Below, piece after piece: positions 13,296 to 26,289 of a DNA stretch of 64,000 nt (its first letter is position 1; each line of letters opens with the position of its first letter). Below the pieces are notes generated by a model. That model saw only the letters and a list, made by a program, of their open reading frames with translations. It was not told the origin of the DNA and searched no databases. The stretch is from Sphagnum compactum (lineage: Eukaryota): contig OZ234494.1 in assembly GCA_965153455.1 (NCBI GenBank), forward strand, positions 8,618,001 through 8,682,000, read 5' to 3'. The position numbers were made by a program, and so were the translations under genes.

Positions 13296-14165
13296 CTGAA
13301 TGCAAATATCCCATGATGATGCGGATATTGCATTTAAACTCCATAACTTTGTTCAAATGACCTACTATTAATGTGAAGAACTTTGCAATACTTTCATTTA
13401 TTTGAATCAATATGTAAAGCACATTATTGAGCATGGAATAAGTATTCTAAGAAAATCCTTTTGTTTCATGGTTTAAGATATGATTGCAATATGATGTAAA
13501 TATTGTTTTTCTTCTAGGTTTTGGTATGGTTATGTAATACCCCTCCAAGTTTCAAGTTATGGAACCCAATGTATCTCTAGGAAAACTTATGAAAGGTATT
13601 GTAGGTGTATTGTGTAGTTTTGAGGATGAACAATACCCCTTCAATAGTATAAACCCATGGTGTTTAGTCACATAATACCTTAATGAGGGTATTCATTTCT
13701 TTATAGGTTTTGGTAGGATTATGCAATACCTTTCCACGTGTCAAAAGATATGTTATGGAGCCCAATATATTTTTGGGATACTTGGAGAAGGGTAATGCAT
13801 GTTCATTGAGTTTTTTTGGGCATGAACAATACCCTTTTAATAGCCTAGACCAAAATAATTTAGCCTATGGTGTTTACAATGTAAGGCAATGAAGGTATTG
13901 AAATCCCTCTAGATTTTGGTAAGGTTACGCATTATCCTTTCACATGTCAAAAGATATGTTATGGAGCCCAATGTATTTTTGGGATACCTTGAAAGGAATA
14001 TTGCAACGTGGCCCAATGAAGGTATTGTAGTGTAACCCAATGAAGGTATTACAATTTAGCCCAATGAAGGTATTACATTCCTTCTAGATTTTTTTAAGGC
14101 TATGCAATACCCTTTGAATTGTCAAAAAATATGATATGGAGCCCAAACAATTTCAAGGATGCTTA
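13296..14165 (-). repeat. Right inverted-repeat arm (13296-13567) followed by tandem sub-repeats of the same family
   Basis: Reverse complement of 8914-9198, then repeated blocks ATGCAATACC...GTCAAAAGATATGTTATGGAGCCCAA and CCCAATGAAGGTATT. Confidence 0.8.
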
Positions 14166-14479
14166 GTATGAGATATGGCACGTTCATGGAATATTTTGCT
14201 TTACGAACCAAAGTACAACATGCATTAAATGCATCTAAATTGAACTAGAGCTTAACATTGCTTTGATTATTCACTTGGTTTGCAATACCTCTATGGAAAA
14301 CACTCTCTAAACAAAACTTGCAATACCTTTATACAGGTGGTGTTAAATACTTTAATCATCCCCTTCTTTATTTGTTTGACTGAACAAGAGCAAACTCCAT
14401 GCAATAACTTCATATTATTCTTTCTTCATCGTTGTCAACCATTAGGGGTCTATTGCAATGGCAACCATGTAAGTGGGGT

Positions 14480-14899
14480 TTGGTAGGTACCTACTTAAAA
14501 TGTTGGTAGGTAGGACAATGGAAGGGCAGGTAGGTGGGTGGGGATGAAAGTTGAGTAAGTAGATGGGGAAGAGTCTACTTTTAATTTAAGTATATAGGTA
14601 AGTAGGTTGGTGGGGGACAGTGGGGGGTAGTGGGTGGGTGGGTGGAAAAAGTTTCAAAAGCAAAAAAAAAAAAAACCAGGTGGGGGACGGGGAGAAAATA
14701 AAGTTCCAAAAAAAAAACAGAGATCAGAGGGAAAAAAAAACTGGGAAGGGGGTGGGGAGAAAATAAAGTTGGGAAAAAAAACTGAGATCAGGGCTGAGAA
14801 AGGGCAAACAAAAAAAGTCAACCTGGGATGGCACAGGGATAGAAAAGAGAATCCTATCAGTGCACCACCCATCCGTGTTGGTGCACTGGTGGGTGCTGG
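14480..14899 (+). mobile_element. G-rich repeat ending in a Helitron-like 3' terminus; partial direct copy at ~8745-8913
   Basis: Hairpin CAGTGCACCA (14858-14867) / TGGTGCACTG (14879-14888), then CTGG|T (14896-14900), which fits the CTRR-T pattern. The GGTGGGTGGG...AAAAGTTTCAAAAGC block is shared with 8745-8913. Confidence 0.4.
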
Positions 14900-16064
14900 T
14901 TCACTCTGGCGGTTTTTAATGACTTGTTTGCTTGAAATTTTGAGCAGATTATACTTAGAAAAGCTGTGACAGGCTAAAAGTCTGCGCTGGTCACAGCATA
15001 ATAGTCACATGCCACTTATGGTGAAAAGAATAGTCACATACCTTTGCAATCAGGTTGCCTGCTCTCTGGAGCGTCAAGGCATTCATCCATCACAAAAAGA
15101 CCAGGCATATCGCTTCCCCTAGATGATTTGACTCTGGCTGGTGCAGTCACCGAAAATGCAGCAGCAAACCTGTAGCAAAGTCTCAACCAAACAACTCTTA
15201 TATATGGTCAATATCATCCAAGCAGCTCTGATACAGGTTTAGACTGATCTATGACCAATTTTGCTACAATCTTCACCAGACATTAAAGCATGTATACCAC
15301 AAACTAGTCAATGGAATAGGTTCACCTCAACAGTACCCTCTGTCAGGATGTACTTCAAGGGCCACCAGGACAGCTAACTCTTTGCACAATTTGGCCCTGG
15401 CATCATAAGCCACATTGTGGCTTTGATGTTATGGCCAAAACCAAGCACTTCAACTCAGTCTGATTCACTATGGAGACAGAAGCTCTAGGGACTGTACTGC
15501 CTCTACCTATGTGTTTGTGTAAAAGAGCCTTAAAACCAGCATCAATATGAAGGTCCTTCAGCAGCTAAAAATGGCAAGTTTCTCCCAGTTCCACAACAGA
15601 CCCCATTTACCCCATCTCACTTATCAGTCCTCAACACTTCATATAGAATATTGCATAATTCATATGCCTGCCTGCAAGAGGGACTCTGTATTATGCAGAA
15701 TCAAATCATAAGCATGGGCACTTAGCATGATTAAGACAAACAAACACATGTGATTCTTTCCTGCCTGATGTACTGTGCTTAGCATGTCTACACTTCCTAT
15801 CTAAACAAAACAGAGTTGTAGGACATTGCAAAGCCTTCAGAGTCCACCTGAAAGTTCCAATTCCACAGTTTATGGACACATCAATGACAGAAAACATCTA
15901 GAAATCTATGGTCTACCTTCTTTCTACTTGCTTTTTGGAGTATGCACAATTCATTAGTGCAACAATTGCACAATGCAAAACAGAGAAACCAAGAGTGACA
16001 AGCTTGAGACAGAGAAAGGTTTCCAATTACAGCTGCAACTATCTGACATCCGAAAAAAGAAAAT

Positions 16065-16238
16065 TCACTCAAAAGCCCATTGGTTTTCCCTTCGAACTTC
16101 CTCCTCTTCTTCTGGTGTGAAGTCATTCTTAATATTGAATGTCTTGCGAATCTCCTCTGGAGTCTTGCCTTTGATCATATCAGCCACTGTTTGACAGGTA
16201 AGATCCAGCAGATTCTTTATATTCAGATAATTTGCTGC
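16065..16238 (-). CDS. SKP1: SKP1/ASK-family SCF ubiquitin ligase adaptor, exon 2
   Basis: Acceptor TTGCAG|GCA at 16239/16238. Encodes [57 protein letters not shown], the canonical SKP1 C-terminal domain. Confidence 0.98.
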   Translation of the reverse strand, partial: AANYLNIKNLLDLTCQTVADMIKGKTPEEIRKTFNIKNDFTPEEEEEVRRENQWAFE

Positions 16239-17629
16239 CTGCAAGTACAGCACAAGGAGTGACTTCAGGATTATAGTTAAATAGCAACTTACTGCCGATT
16301 CAATAATAATGTCAGAAATCATTCTGAATTGGATCTCACATTGACACAGAAACAGTTAATATCTCCACAGACATGGTAGATGTGCCCATGCCATTGTCTT
16401 CTTCTAGAACACTTATCTTTTAGCATTACTTGGCCATCATCCCAAAACAGAGACAAAAAGGAAAGGGCTGCACAGCACCAAAACATGAGCAAGGAATAAA
16501 ATGAAGCCTTGAAACTCAGAGGGTTACTCCCAGACAAAACATAATTCAACAAAGTATTCAATGGCAATTATTAGTGCTTACACTGATGACTTCATCAGCT
16601 CTAACAGTGCATGTAGAGTATTACATGACAATGACCCACAATCTATAACAGCTACAAGATCCTAGGTTGGCATTCGATCTACTGTCTTGGGTACAAGTTT
16701 TGTCCTTAAATGATCCCAAAGGCAGCCTTTCTACAACGCTTCTGGCATATTTAGGGAAAGAAAACTGAAGAAATAACAGCATATACCCATCAGATTGCAG
16801 AGAAATCACCACATCAACACACTTTGAAATAACAAGACAGTGAGTGTCATCACCTGCATCAGAATAGGAGAGGTGGGCTGTCATGACTACCCACTGACTT
16901 CATCAGCTCCTGACTGTGGATGTCTAAAATATATACTAATTTGCCCAAAATTCAAGCAAACCATTATACAAAATATGTGTCCTCAGTTGCTGTTACATTT
17001 CTGGAGCAATGGGCAGACCCAGTTCATGATGTTGGCTATCTGAAAAATACTCAAGCATCTCCTGGTATTGAGAGAATGATAGGCAATCTCTGAGAAATGC
17101 AAAACTGTAAAAGACAAACAATTGTGACATTCTGAAGCCATAGTGAATATCTACTGGAAAAAGCAAATCACTGTCATACTGGTGACCTGCTGTGGTAACC
17201 TTATACATTCTTACCAAGAAGAGTTCAAACCTTACACAAATGGGACAATTTCCACACAGACCACAGTGAGCCATGAACAAAACTGGTTCACATCCGGGCA
17301 AGATACACCAGTTTTGCTGGCAGAGAACTGAGTGCAAGAAAATGTTCATCGAATATCTGATAATCCAAGAGGAGTAAAGGCTTCATGAAATCATAGCATG
17401 ATATCTTGTAGCAACAGACAAATAGTGTGAATGAGATTCACATGGCGGCAGCTTACATCCCTGAGAAGCAGCATTCAAATAGTGTGTTTCCCCTATTTAC
17501 CATACAGTGCCGCCCACACCAGAATAGGGTCTACAATAGGGTATGCATCATCGGTTAGGACGTTATTTTTTGCGGCTACATCCGCAGCGGCAGGAAATTG
17601 AGATGGGGGAAAAGGTGAGAGAAGCTCAC

Positions 17630-17929
17630 CAAGATAAGATCAAACAGAGTCGCCTGATCGACCTTCACGAAGTCCTGATCCCAGGCCTTGACTTCATCCT
17701 CAGGCGTCGCCGGCTTATCGTCGGTAGACTTCTGATTATCGACATGATACTTACAATACTCTATAACCTTTGCTAGAATCTTGCTGGAGACGTTGGGCAA
17801 CGGAATCGGATGATCCATACCAGTGTCCTCAATCATGTTCTTCACGGTCTGCGACTCGAAAGCTACGGCCTCTTCCACCTCAAACATCTCATCATCTGAG
17901 CTCTTCAGCTTCACCCGCTTCTCCGTCAT
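17630..17929 (-). CDS. SKP1: SKP1/ASK-family SCF ubiquitin ligase adaptor, exon 1
   Basis: ATG at 17929; 100 codons MTEKRVKLKSSDDEMFEVEEAVAFESQT...IPLPNVSSKILAKVIEYCKYH...VDQATLFDLIL. Donor GTGAGC at 17629 opens a 1391-nt phase-0 intron at the typical plant IL|AANY position. Spliced product is 157 aa. Confidence 0.98.
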
Positions 17930-18301
17930 GGTCCCTGCTGCACACACGCCGGGGGTGGGGGGGAGAAAAAACACACAACAAAGGAGGAGGACACACACAC
18001 ACAAATCCCGACCCCGAGGTTCTTGCACCCATGCGTGTTATGCAACGGCATAAGAAAAAACAAAACAAAACGAAACGAAACGAAAAACTGGCAAAAACCG
18101 TGCGAGAAACGAGCACGAGCACAAGAGCAGAGAGGGCAAAAGAGGGCTTTCTTTTCCACGCAATGGAATTTGTGAGGATGATTATGCCAATTTCGAGGCA
18201 AATCAAATAGAAGAATAGGCAGGTAACTAGCTGTTCATTGGCCAAGACCGAACGGGCAGGATCTTGCTCATTCCACAGGGACAAAAAAAAGGCTCTACTG
18301 A

Positions 18302-18311
18302 CTGACGTGAC
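18302..18311. promoter_or_regulatory. ACGT-core bZIP-type motif (TGACGTG) upstream of SKP1
   Basis: CTGACGTGAC about 370 bp upstream of the ATG in the GC-richer promoter zone. Motif match only. Confidence 0.3.
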
Positions 18312-19985
18312 CTAATGTGTGCCTTCCGTTTGAGGACGTCCTTTTCATCGTGATGTGGCGTAATCTATACTCTCCATTTTATGTCGTCTGGCTTCCTTCC
18401 ACCTGTCCTTTCTTTTTGGGTGGACACTCAGGTCACGGTAATGTTACGAGTACCCATAATCCCAGCCGTCCAGTCTGTCACAAGATCTAACTTCAGATTT
18501 TTTTATAAAAAATCAGATGTCTCCAAAGAGAGAAATAACTTCATCTATGTATAAAAGTTGGTTCGTCATGATTAAGAAAAATTGGTACTAATTCATTGAC
18601 AATTTTGTAAATAGAAAAATCACATGCAAAGATTATGAAACCATTGTCCAAGATTTAGGAGATTGTGTAAGTGTGGGGTAATGACCTCGGAGTGGGGCAT
18701 CATTTCCAAAATAAGCACCCCTTGGGTAATGCCCTGCTCCTCAGCATTGCCTTGTGTAAAGCATTCATAGAATTTCATGTTAGATTTTCTCCTTATGGTA
18801 CCCATCGGGTATCATGTGAATTTTTTGAAAAAAAGGAGCAGAGTGAAATGCTTGTTTGAGCGGGCATTTTGTTTTTCAAAATTCCCTGCCTTTTGCAAAG
18901 GACAGGTTCTGCTTATAATATGCCCTCTAGATACACTGAAAACATTCTACCAGTGTTTTATGAACAGGGGAAGTCCTGTGCCCAAGGGTATATCATGATA
19001 AAGGGGAGGGTGCTCCAGTGGTTTTAATTGGTTAATATCCCCCTAGGAATTTGACCCATATACCAAGGTATGCCCAATGGTAGGGATCTTCCACAAAAAA
19101 CTCACCTTGACAAAAGCATAACAATATGCATGCCCATTCTTTCACTCATTCTTTTGTCCCCATGTTTCCTCTCCAATCATGCATTCAATCAAGCAATATG
19201 CATGACCCATGAGAACCAATCATGTATTCAGTCAAACAAGACACATGTCACTCACTAGATGGCACCATGGTACTCACTAGAACTTACAACATTTGTCTTG
19301 ACCTTCAAGGTGGAGAAATGAAAATGTGGTGGAATTGCACTTTCACACTTAAGGCCAAGGACAATATGGTAGCTTATTCTAGCCCAGCATTTGGAAACAC
19401 CCCTACCCATGGGTTTTACCTGTAATAAAGCATAAGGTGAACCTAAGCATGTGTAGGAGGAAGAGAGTTATTGCATAAAGACCCTAAAGAACAGGAGGTG
19501 TCTTTAGTATGCATAATTTTTTTCACATTCTTAAGGAGTATGCAGTTTTGAAATGTGGTTATACTATTATGGTACTTATTTGTGAAATTCTTGAATTTTT
19601 TTGGTAAATATTTGACAACAATGTTGAAAGCTCTAAAAACCCTAGTCACAATATGTTGAAAGTTCAAGAAACTTTGCAATTTGCAAGCTCAAATTAAGAG
19701 TGATAGTGCTTGACAATTTGTTTGTGAAAGGATGGTTTTTGATTTTTTGGTGCTACTTTCTCTTGACTTTTATTCAATGTCACTAGAGATTTTTGAAAAT
19801 GTTAAAAGTTTTCCCATAGACATTTGTCACATGTTTGCACTAAGATATTAGTAGAAAGTAAAATTATACTTGTGAATGGGAATAGGAGGGGCATTATAAA
19901 CAACTATTTCAAATAGAGGATTTTCATGGTGATGTGTCCCAAATGTTGGTCACAAGGTATCAAGGAAATTTCTATAATATGAGGT

Positions 19986-20868
19986 TATCACTATCCTAAT
20001 CTTGGGCTTGCAACCAAAGCTAAACCATGAAAATAAAAACAAGTTGAAAAAATGTCCTGAAATTCGAACACATCTTCATAAGTATGACAAAATGAATTTC
20101 AACAATATCAAGTTTTCCACTTTAGAAGTTGGAGTCTTGCAATATCTTGAATGTTTTGGACAAAAGAGTAAATTAAAAAAAATATTCAAATTAAGTTTTA
20201 TTTATATCGTTGGAAAAGTCTTTTTATGTAGATAATGAAAATGTGTTTGTATTCTTCATTTGAAAATTTGAAATGCAAGTTATGAATTTTTTTAAAACCA
20301 AGAAACAACCTAACATTTTGATTTTTGACCATTAAAACCTAGGAAATAGGGGTCAAATGACTTTTAAATTGAACATGTGATGACTTGTTGGAAAAAATGT
20401 CAAGGGCAACAGCTTTTCAATTGAAACTACTTTATGGGGGTTATGTGTACAAAGTTATGGGTTTCATAACTTGGCAAATTTTAGAACTTTTAAGATTCCC
20501 ATGAAGGAATCTTAGGATTTTTGACCACTTTGGTGCAACCTCTATTACTAGTCACAAAATATATTATACAGACAAGAATGGTGAACTCCTTTCAAAGCAA
20601 AGTTGCATTTTTGTGAATTGGGTTGTGTGTGTTGTCCCATGCACCATTTTGGATTCAATTTACATCAATATTATTTTTCTTTATTTGTGTAAATTCATTT
20701 CACTTTGAATTTTTACTTATGAATTAATCATAGTCCCACCTTGGAATTCATGTAGCTTTTTTATTTGTGAGAGCTAAAAAAAATGCCATGGGTTTACATT
20801 ATGTTGCAAAACTAATAATGATAGGTTTTAAACCTTTGATACCACTTGATAAACCTAGAAATGCATCA
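19986..20868 (+). repeat. Old solo-LTR relic related to the 54881 LTR family
   Basis: Colinear decayed matches: TATCACTATCCTAATCTTGGGCTTGCAACCAA vs TGTCGCAACCCTAGCCTTTGGCTTGCGACCAA; CATTTGAAAATTTGAAATGCAAGTTATG; AGTCCCACCTTGGA; end ATGCATCA vs GCGCGTCA. No TSD recognisable. Confidence 0.65.
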
Positions 20869-20929
20869 CTAAGTGTTGTGAAAAACATGAAAACCTTGTG
20901 GGCATTCATTAACTCCATGCATTAAAACA

Positions 20930-21650
20930 AACAAGATATGTGGGAATTTTAAAATGGGACTTTGATGAATTTAATATGTTGAATTGAAGGTGAAGTTAAT
21001 TTACATGAACCAAAAAAGAAGATGGTTAATACAAATTAAAGCCAAATTCGTGCATTGATAAACAATATGCAACTCACATTCACAAAACACACCATGGTTT
21101 TGACATGGAAGGAGTCACCATTATCCTATTTTATATTATAATATGTAGATGGCAATGGGGGTTTACATTGAAATTGCAAAAAATTCCAAGGTTCCCAAGT
21201 TGGAGTTGGCTTGAAATTGTTAATTTTGATATTTTGATATGTTGTGAGTTCATAACTCTTTCATATGAATTTTGATTCAAAAGCTTTTAAGGAAAAATTA
21301 TAATCTTTGAAGTGATCTTTCCAATTTAGTATCAAACTTTTCAATGGGAGGTGGTTCAACCCTTCAAAACATTGAAATAATGGTTATGAGTCATTTTATC
21401 AATTTGACTTCCAACCTTTCTCTTGAACATAATTCTCTCTACACATGCTTGTTTTCTCAATGCAAACCCACAAGAGTATTATAATTTTCAAGATCTTTCC
21501 AATAGTCTAAAGAGGGCCCAATTTGGACAAGGTTAAATGTTCCAAACCTTATTCCAAACTAATGAAACATTTTGAGATTTTAAATTTCAAAAATTGAGGT
21601 GCATTTGAAAGTTTTTAGAATGCTTCCCTTTGATTCCCACGTGTTGTCAC
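20930..21650 (-). repeat. Second old LTR relic of the same superfamily, opposite orientation
   Basis: Decayed similarity to the minus-strand LTR 62644-63462 (CCATGG...GGAAGGAGTCACCA, CCCAAGTTGGAGT, GATCTTTCCAA). Boundaries approximate. Confidence 0.5.
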
Positions 21651-24117
21651 TCTCTTGTGTCATATTTGTTTAGTTTTACGAAATATATGCAAATTCTCGA
21701 AAGAAGCAATAGTTGGACTAATGCAAGTTTATGTTTTCATTTGTTTCCATTGACTAAAATGATGAAATGAACGCATGTTGATGAAAACACAAGAAAAAAA
21801 TGCAATTTTGTGACTAGAACCTACAACTAATGTTTAGTAGTAGGTGACATATATGATTAAAATCCAACTAATTGCATTGGACAAATTGTATGTCACCATA
21901 GTCACAAACAACATGGATTGTGGACAAAAAAAATAAATCAATAAAATCTGGTTTCATTTTTTAACTAACCATATTCTCATTTGGTCATTTGTGACTACCA
22001 TGCAAATAATTTGCTCACTGGTAATAAGAAATGATCTATTGCCATGTGGCATCATTTTTACAGTATTTGGAAATGATTTTAATGCAATTTTGAAAATTTG
22101 TATCTTCCATTTTCAATGGTCTTAATTCATGGCATGTGGCAAAATAAACTCTTGCCACATGGCATACTAATTGATTTTTATTAAAAAATGAATTAAGAAA
22201 AGTAATTAAATTGGATGGTTTTATATCATGACATGTGGAACAATAAAAATTCTTTGTATGGCAAAATAATTGAAATTTGGCCACAATATATTTAAAATAA
22301 ATATTTTGTTAATTAACCAAATATATTATAAGAAAAATCTCATTTTGTGACTTGTCTTATGTAATTAAAAGTGTCATTTGCAACTATTTATAATGCACAC
22401 ATACTTATATAATTTACAACATTGAAGGGAAGGAAAAAAGATATGAAATATATTTTATAGTTGCAACATAGTTTGAAGAATGATCAAAAGTTTTCAAATT
22501 TGACCAAATAGTTACAAAAATGATGAATGTTAGTTGCAAATGACTTTTAAGGCTATAAATTTTTCTAGGCCAATTTTTGAAGAATTCTAATTTTGTACCG
22601 AAAATCAAACTTTACCGATTTCGAAATACAAATCGATTTTATGTTTCTACCGATTTTACATTATTACTAAATTTTAGTTAGAACCAATTTTAGGTTATTA
22701 CTAATTTTGAGAAGTTGTTTATTAATATATTCAAAAAATTAGCTATTGCTTTTGACTTCAGTTCTAGATTTTAGACGTAAAATAAAGTTGGATAACTTGG
22801 AAACTATGAGGATTTCTAAGGATTTTTCATTTTTTTAGGACCCCCACCATTTTTTTATGGGCGAGGAAGTCTTCTCTTGAAGAAGCTTGAAGGTTCTTTT
22901 TTTTATCTTTGTTTTTGGATACAACTGTAATGTAATTTTTGCACTCTAAAGCTCTTTGAATGAAGTGAGTTTGTTTTTGCTCAAGTTTTTGTTTTGCAAA
23001 GTGTATTGGAGTTGTATTTCCTACATGTTGTTTTTTTATTGTCAGCTTTGGAGATGTTGTAAAGTTGTTTATTGTTATTTACTTGTTTTTCTTAAGAGAA
23101 AGTGGTAGGCTATTTGCTTAACTATTTTTCACATGTTTTAAAATGATTATTTGTCACTAAACACTAGTAGATTTGAGGTGTTTGGGTATATGCACTAATG
23201 AGTGGCTCATTTTTGGACAAAAAAAGAATCCACACAAAGTCCATGTTATAGTGTTAAATTGAATTTTTAATATGGTAACGTTGGTTAAATTATAATAAAA
23301 TCCATGTATTAAAAAAAATTAAGTCCATATCAATGGATGCCCACTTAGATACCTCAAAACCTTGGCTTTGGTGAAAACAAAATTCAAATCAAAGAAAATA
23401 TATAACAATTAAGGACTTGTGAAAATAAAGGGCAATTTTGAAAACATAAAAGTCCAATACTATGAAATGGTTAAAGTTTTCAAGATAAGGTTTTCAAATA
23501 TGAGTTCTTTAAATAATTTTTTTGACATACCTAGTCACTCCAAATCATTTGGATTGGAATTCTATGTGTGAGCCATGGATTATAATACCACAAATTGTTA
23601 AGCTTTAGTTCCATAGTTTTCCTTATTATTAATGATTTGAATCCTGATAAACCTCCAAGTAATAATTATTAGGAGTTGGATTGGCCTTTGGATATTTCAG
23701 CGTAGAAGACTCTTTTATTTAAATTGATGCAAGGCTTAATTAGTTTTAGGACCTAGTAAACCTTTTTAAATGCATTATCTTTTTATGTTGTAAAGAAGGG
23801 AAAGGGGATGTAGAATTAGATGTGATTTATTGATATATTGGGAATACAAGCCCATAACTAACAATAACATTTCGCCATGACAATATTAAGTTAGCCTGTA
23901 GAATAATCTTTAGGCACGAAGGATGTACTGGAAAGATTTCTAGGATGTAGTCCTAATACATCTTTATTTAGTCTTCACTTCTATCAGACGCTTAGATAGA
24001 ATCAAAATCAAACTTAAGTATTAACATTTCCACCTCAAGTGAATTACAACTTAGTAAACAACTTTAAGGGAATAGATCACAATTGCAAAAACTCTAGAAT
24101 GCGACGAATGCTGTGAA

Positions 24118-24537
24118 CTAGGTATTCGGCTCGATGATCCATGGAAAGGGGGTTAATTGGGCCTCGTAGCCAACGATAATGGCCATCACCGGGAACCCAA
24201 GTTCGACAATGAAGACGAACATCGTCGTCTTAAACCTTTCTAGCGCGGTTCCTCGAGCAGGAACGAATTCTAAATAAACTGCTAAAGCATGTGGGTTAGG
24301 AGACAATTGACGATCCCATGCCGAACGATCGACTCGAGTGCGCACCATTCTTCTAGATGGTTCTTCTTCTCGCGACCGTTGAGAAACATTCACCTCAAGC
24401 GCTACTTTGTCAAGCGGTGCTTCTTCAAGCTCTTCCTTGTCTACTGGTGCAACTGGAGGATTCGAAGGCGTAGCGACATCATCCGCCATGACTAAATTAT
24501 TAGCTACATCAACAAAAACAAAGGGTAGTAGAAACAA
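24118..24537 (-). CDS. Antisense accessory ORF inside the LTR element (hypothetical protein; likely start at MADDVATP)
   Basis: 139-codon ORF with protein-like acidic/proline-rich composition in otherwise decayed DNA. No domain recognised. Confidence 0.4.
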   Translation of the reverse strand: MFLLPFVFVDVANNLVMADDVATPSNPPVAPVDKEELEEAPLDKVALEVNVSQRSREEEPSRRMVRTRVDRSAWDRQLSPNPHALAVYLEFVPARGTALERFKTTMFVFIVELGFPVMAIIVGYEAQLTPFPWIIEPNT

Positions 24538-25364
24538 TGTGATACCTGCGTTCAGAAGGGGTCGAGGCCTTTTTATTTAACAAATTAGGGTAGGCGTAAG
24601 GTGTGGTAGTGACGGCGGAACCTCATGAAAATTCGAACATCCTAGATCTAATGGATTCATCGAACCCTAATTTTGACGGTGGATCTAGGAGTATGTGAGG
24701 GTTTTTGTGATGTAAATTTAATTCCAATTTACTATGTACTACATAGTTAATTAGTGCATGGAAGAAAAAATAAGTAAGGGATATCAAAAGAGTAAATGGT
24801 ACACGGGGATGTTACTTCAACCAGTGAATTGATTTAGTCAAGTTAGGACTCAAGGATGTTTACTTGTTACTACCAATAAATTATCCTAGTAGTTACTTAC
24901 TTGAAATAATTAGGATGAAGAAGTAGGATGTGAAGGTCACCGGACGGAAAGCATAAGGATCAAGCTCAAAAACCTCATCAAGATATCCAAGATAAGGGGA
25001 AGGATGAATCCTCCAATCCCATTAGTCATAAGGATTGTCATCCTATTTGATTGGAGGATGAAATATTTTTTGTGTCTCATTGGGCCCAAGAATTCTCAAC
25101 CTAAAATCAATTGGAGGGCAAATCATTCTCAATTCTCATTGGCTCTTAAAGGATGAGGAGGCCATTGATTGGCGGGAAGGATTTCGAAGCTTCCATTGGT
25201 CAAGGGGAACAAGCTCAAGGAAGGTCATGGAGGCTTACCAAGGGAGAGAGGAGTATCTTGTGTGTGGGGAAGGGGAAAGGAAGAGAATGAATGTGTGAGG
25301 AAAATATTAGTTCTTATGTGTGTGGAAGGTGTTGTTCATGAAAAGGATGTGTGCAAGAAATAAG

Positions 25365-25745
25365 CATGGAAGGATTTCCATGACAAAGCCTCTAGAGTTT
25401 TGTTTCAAATAGTTGTTCCTTTCGAATCCACCGTTGGATTTATGTCAAACTTGAAACAGTTTTTGTTTAGGAGGTGTAGAACGTTCTCTCCAAATTTTTG
25501 CATCATCGAATTTACTGTGAGGGAGCTACACTTGCCGGAAGTTAAGGGTGTTTGTAGTGGAGTTCATGGAAGGATTTCCATGACAAAGCCTCTGGAGTTT
25601 TGTTTCAAATAGTTGTTCCTCCCAAAACCACCGTTGGCTTTGTGTCAAACTTAAAATAGTTCTTGTTTAGGAGGTGTAGAAGGTTCTTTCCAAATTTCAG
25701 CATCATCGGGTTGCTGTGAAGGAGCTACACTTGCCGGAAGTTGAG
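25365..25745 (+). repeat. 200-bp tandem duplication
   Basis: CATGGAAGGATTTCCATGACAAAGCC...GAGCTACACTTGCCGGAAGTT occurs at 25365 and again at 25565. Confidence 0.9.
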
Positions 25746-26289
25746 GGGGTTGAATTTGTCTATTTTTTCCTCAATCTAAACAAGTGATGTTTAGTCCCAA
25801 GGCTTAACTCTTGATCAAAAATAAATAAAAACTTATAAGATTTTGTAACATGGCTCCTTTTAGATTAGCCTTTTCAAAAATCCAATGCATGTTAGATTAG
25901 GAGGTTGTATGTAAATGTTATGACGAATGGAACAAAAAGGGTTCAACCATCAAACGTGACATTGAATGAACGTCAACATAATGCCCTTCATATTCCATCA
26001 TGGTGAGTTACGATTCTCCCACAATGTCTTTGTATTTTCCAAGTGGACACAACGCATTAAATTTTTAGTGAACTTCATTGCATTACCTTGAACCACCGTA
26101 CTTGTTAGACTACAACTACATAGTAGTTCCACTTCCAAGCGGGTTTTGTGAGTGCATATCTGTACGTTGAAGGTGTGCAAAAAATCCTCACACTATGTTA
26201 ACATCATAATTTTATAAACCTCCAATCAACATACCAATCCCCATTTTTTTGTTTCAAAAGTCCATAGGTAAAAGTGAGTTAATTCAACA

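Noticed and set aside
14634-14969. Lys/Gly-rich 111-aa ORF
   Set aside because: It translates poly-A/poly-G low-complexity repeat sequence.
16239-17629. Several 60-118-aa ORFs inside the SKP1 intron
   Set aside because: No recognisable domains, and they overlap in conflicting frames; ordinary intron sequence.
17930-18028. Hydrophobic N-terminal extension (signal-peptide-like) of SKP1 in the ORF track
   Set aside because: The ORF starts at GTG, and the hydrophobic residues come from TG/CT microsatellite-like UTR sequence. SKP1 homology begins at ATG 17929.
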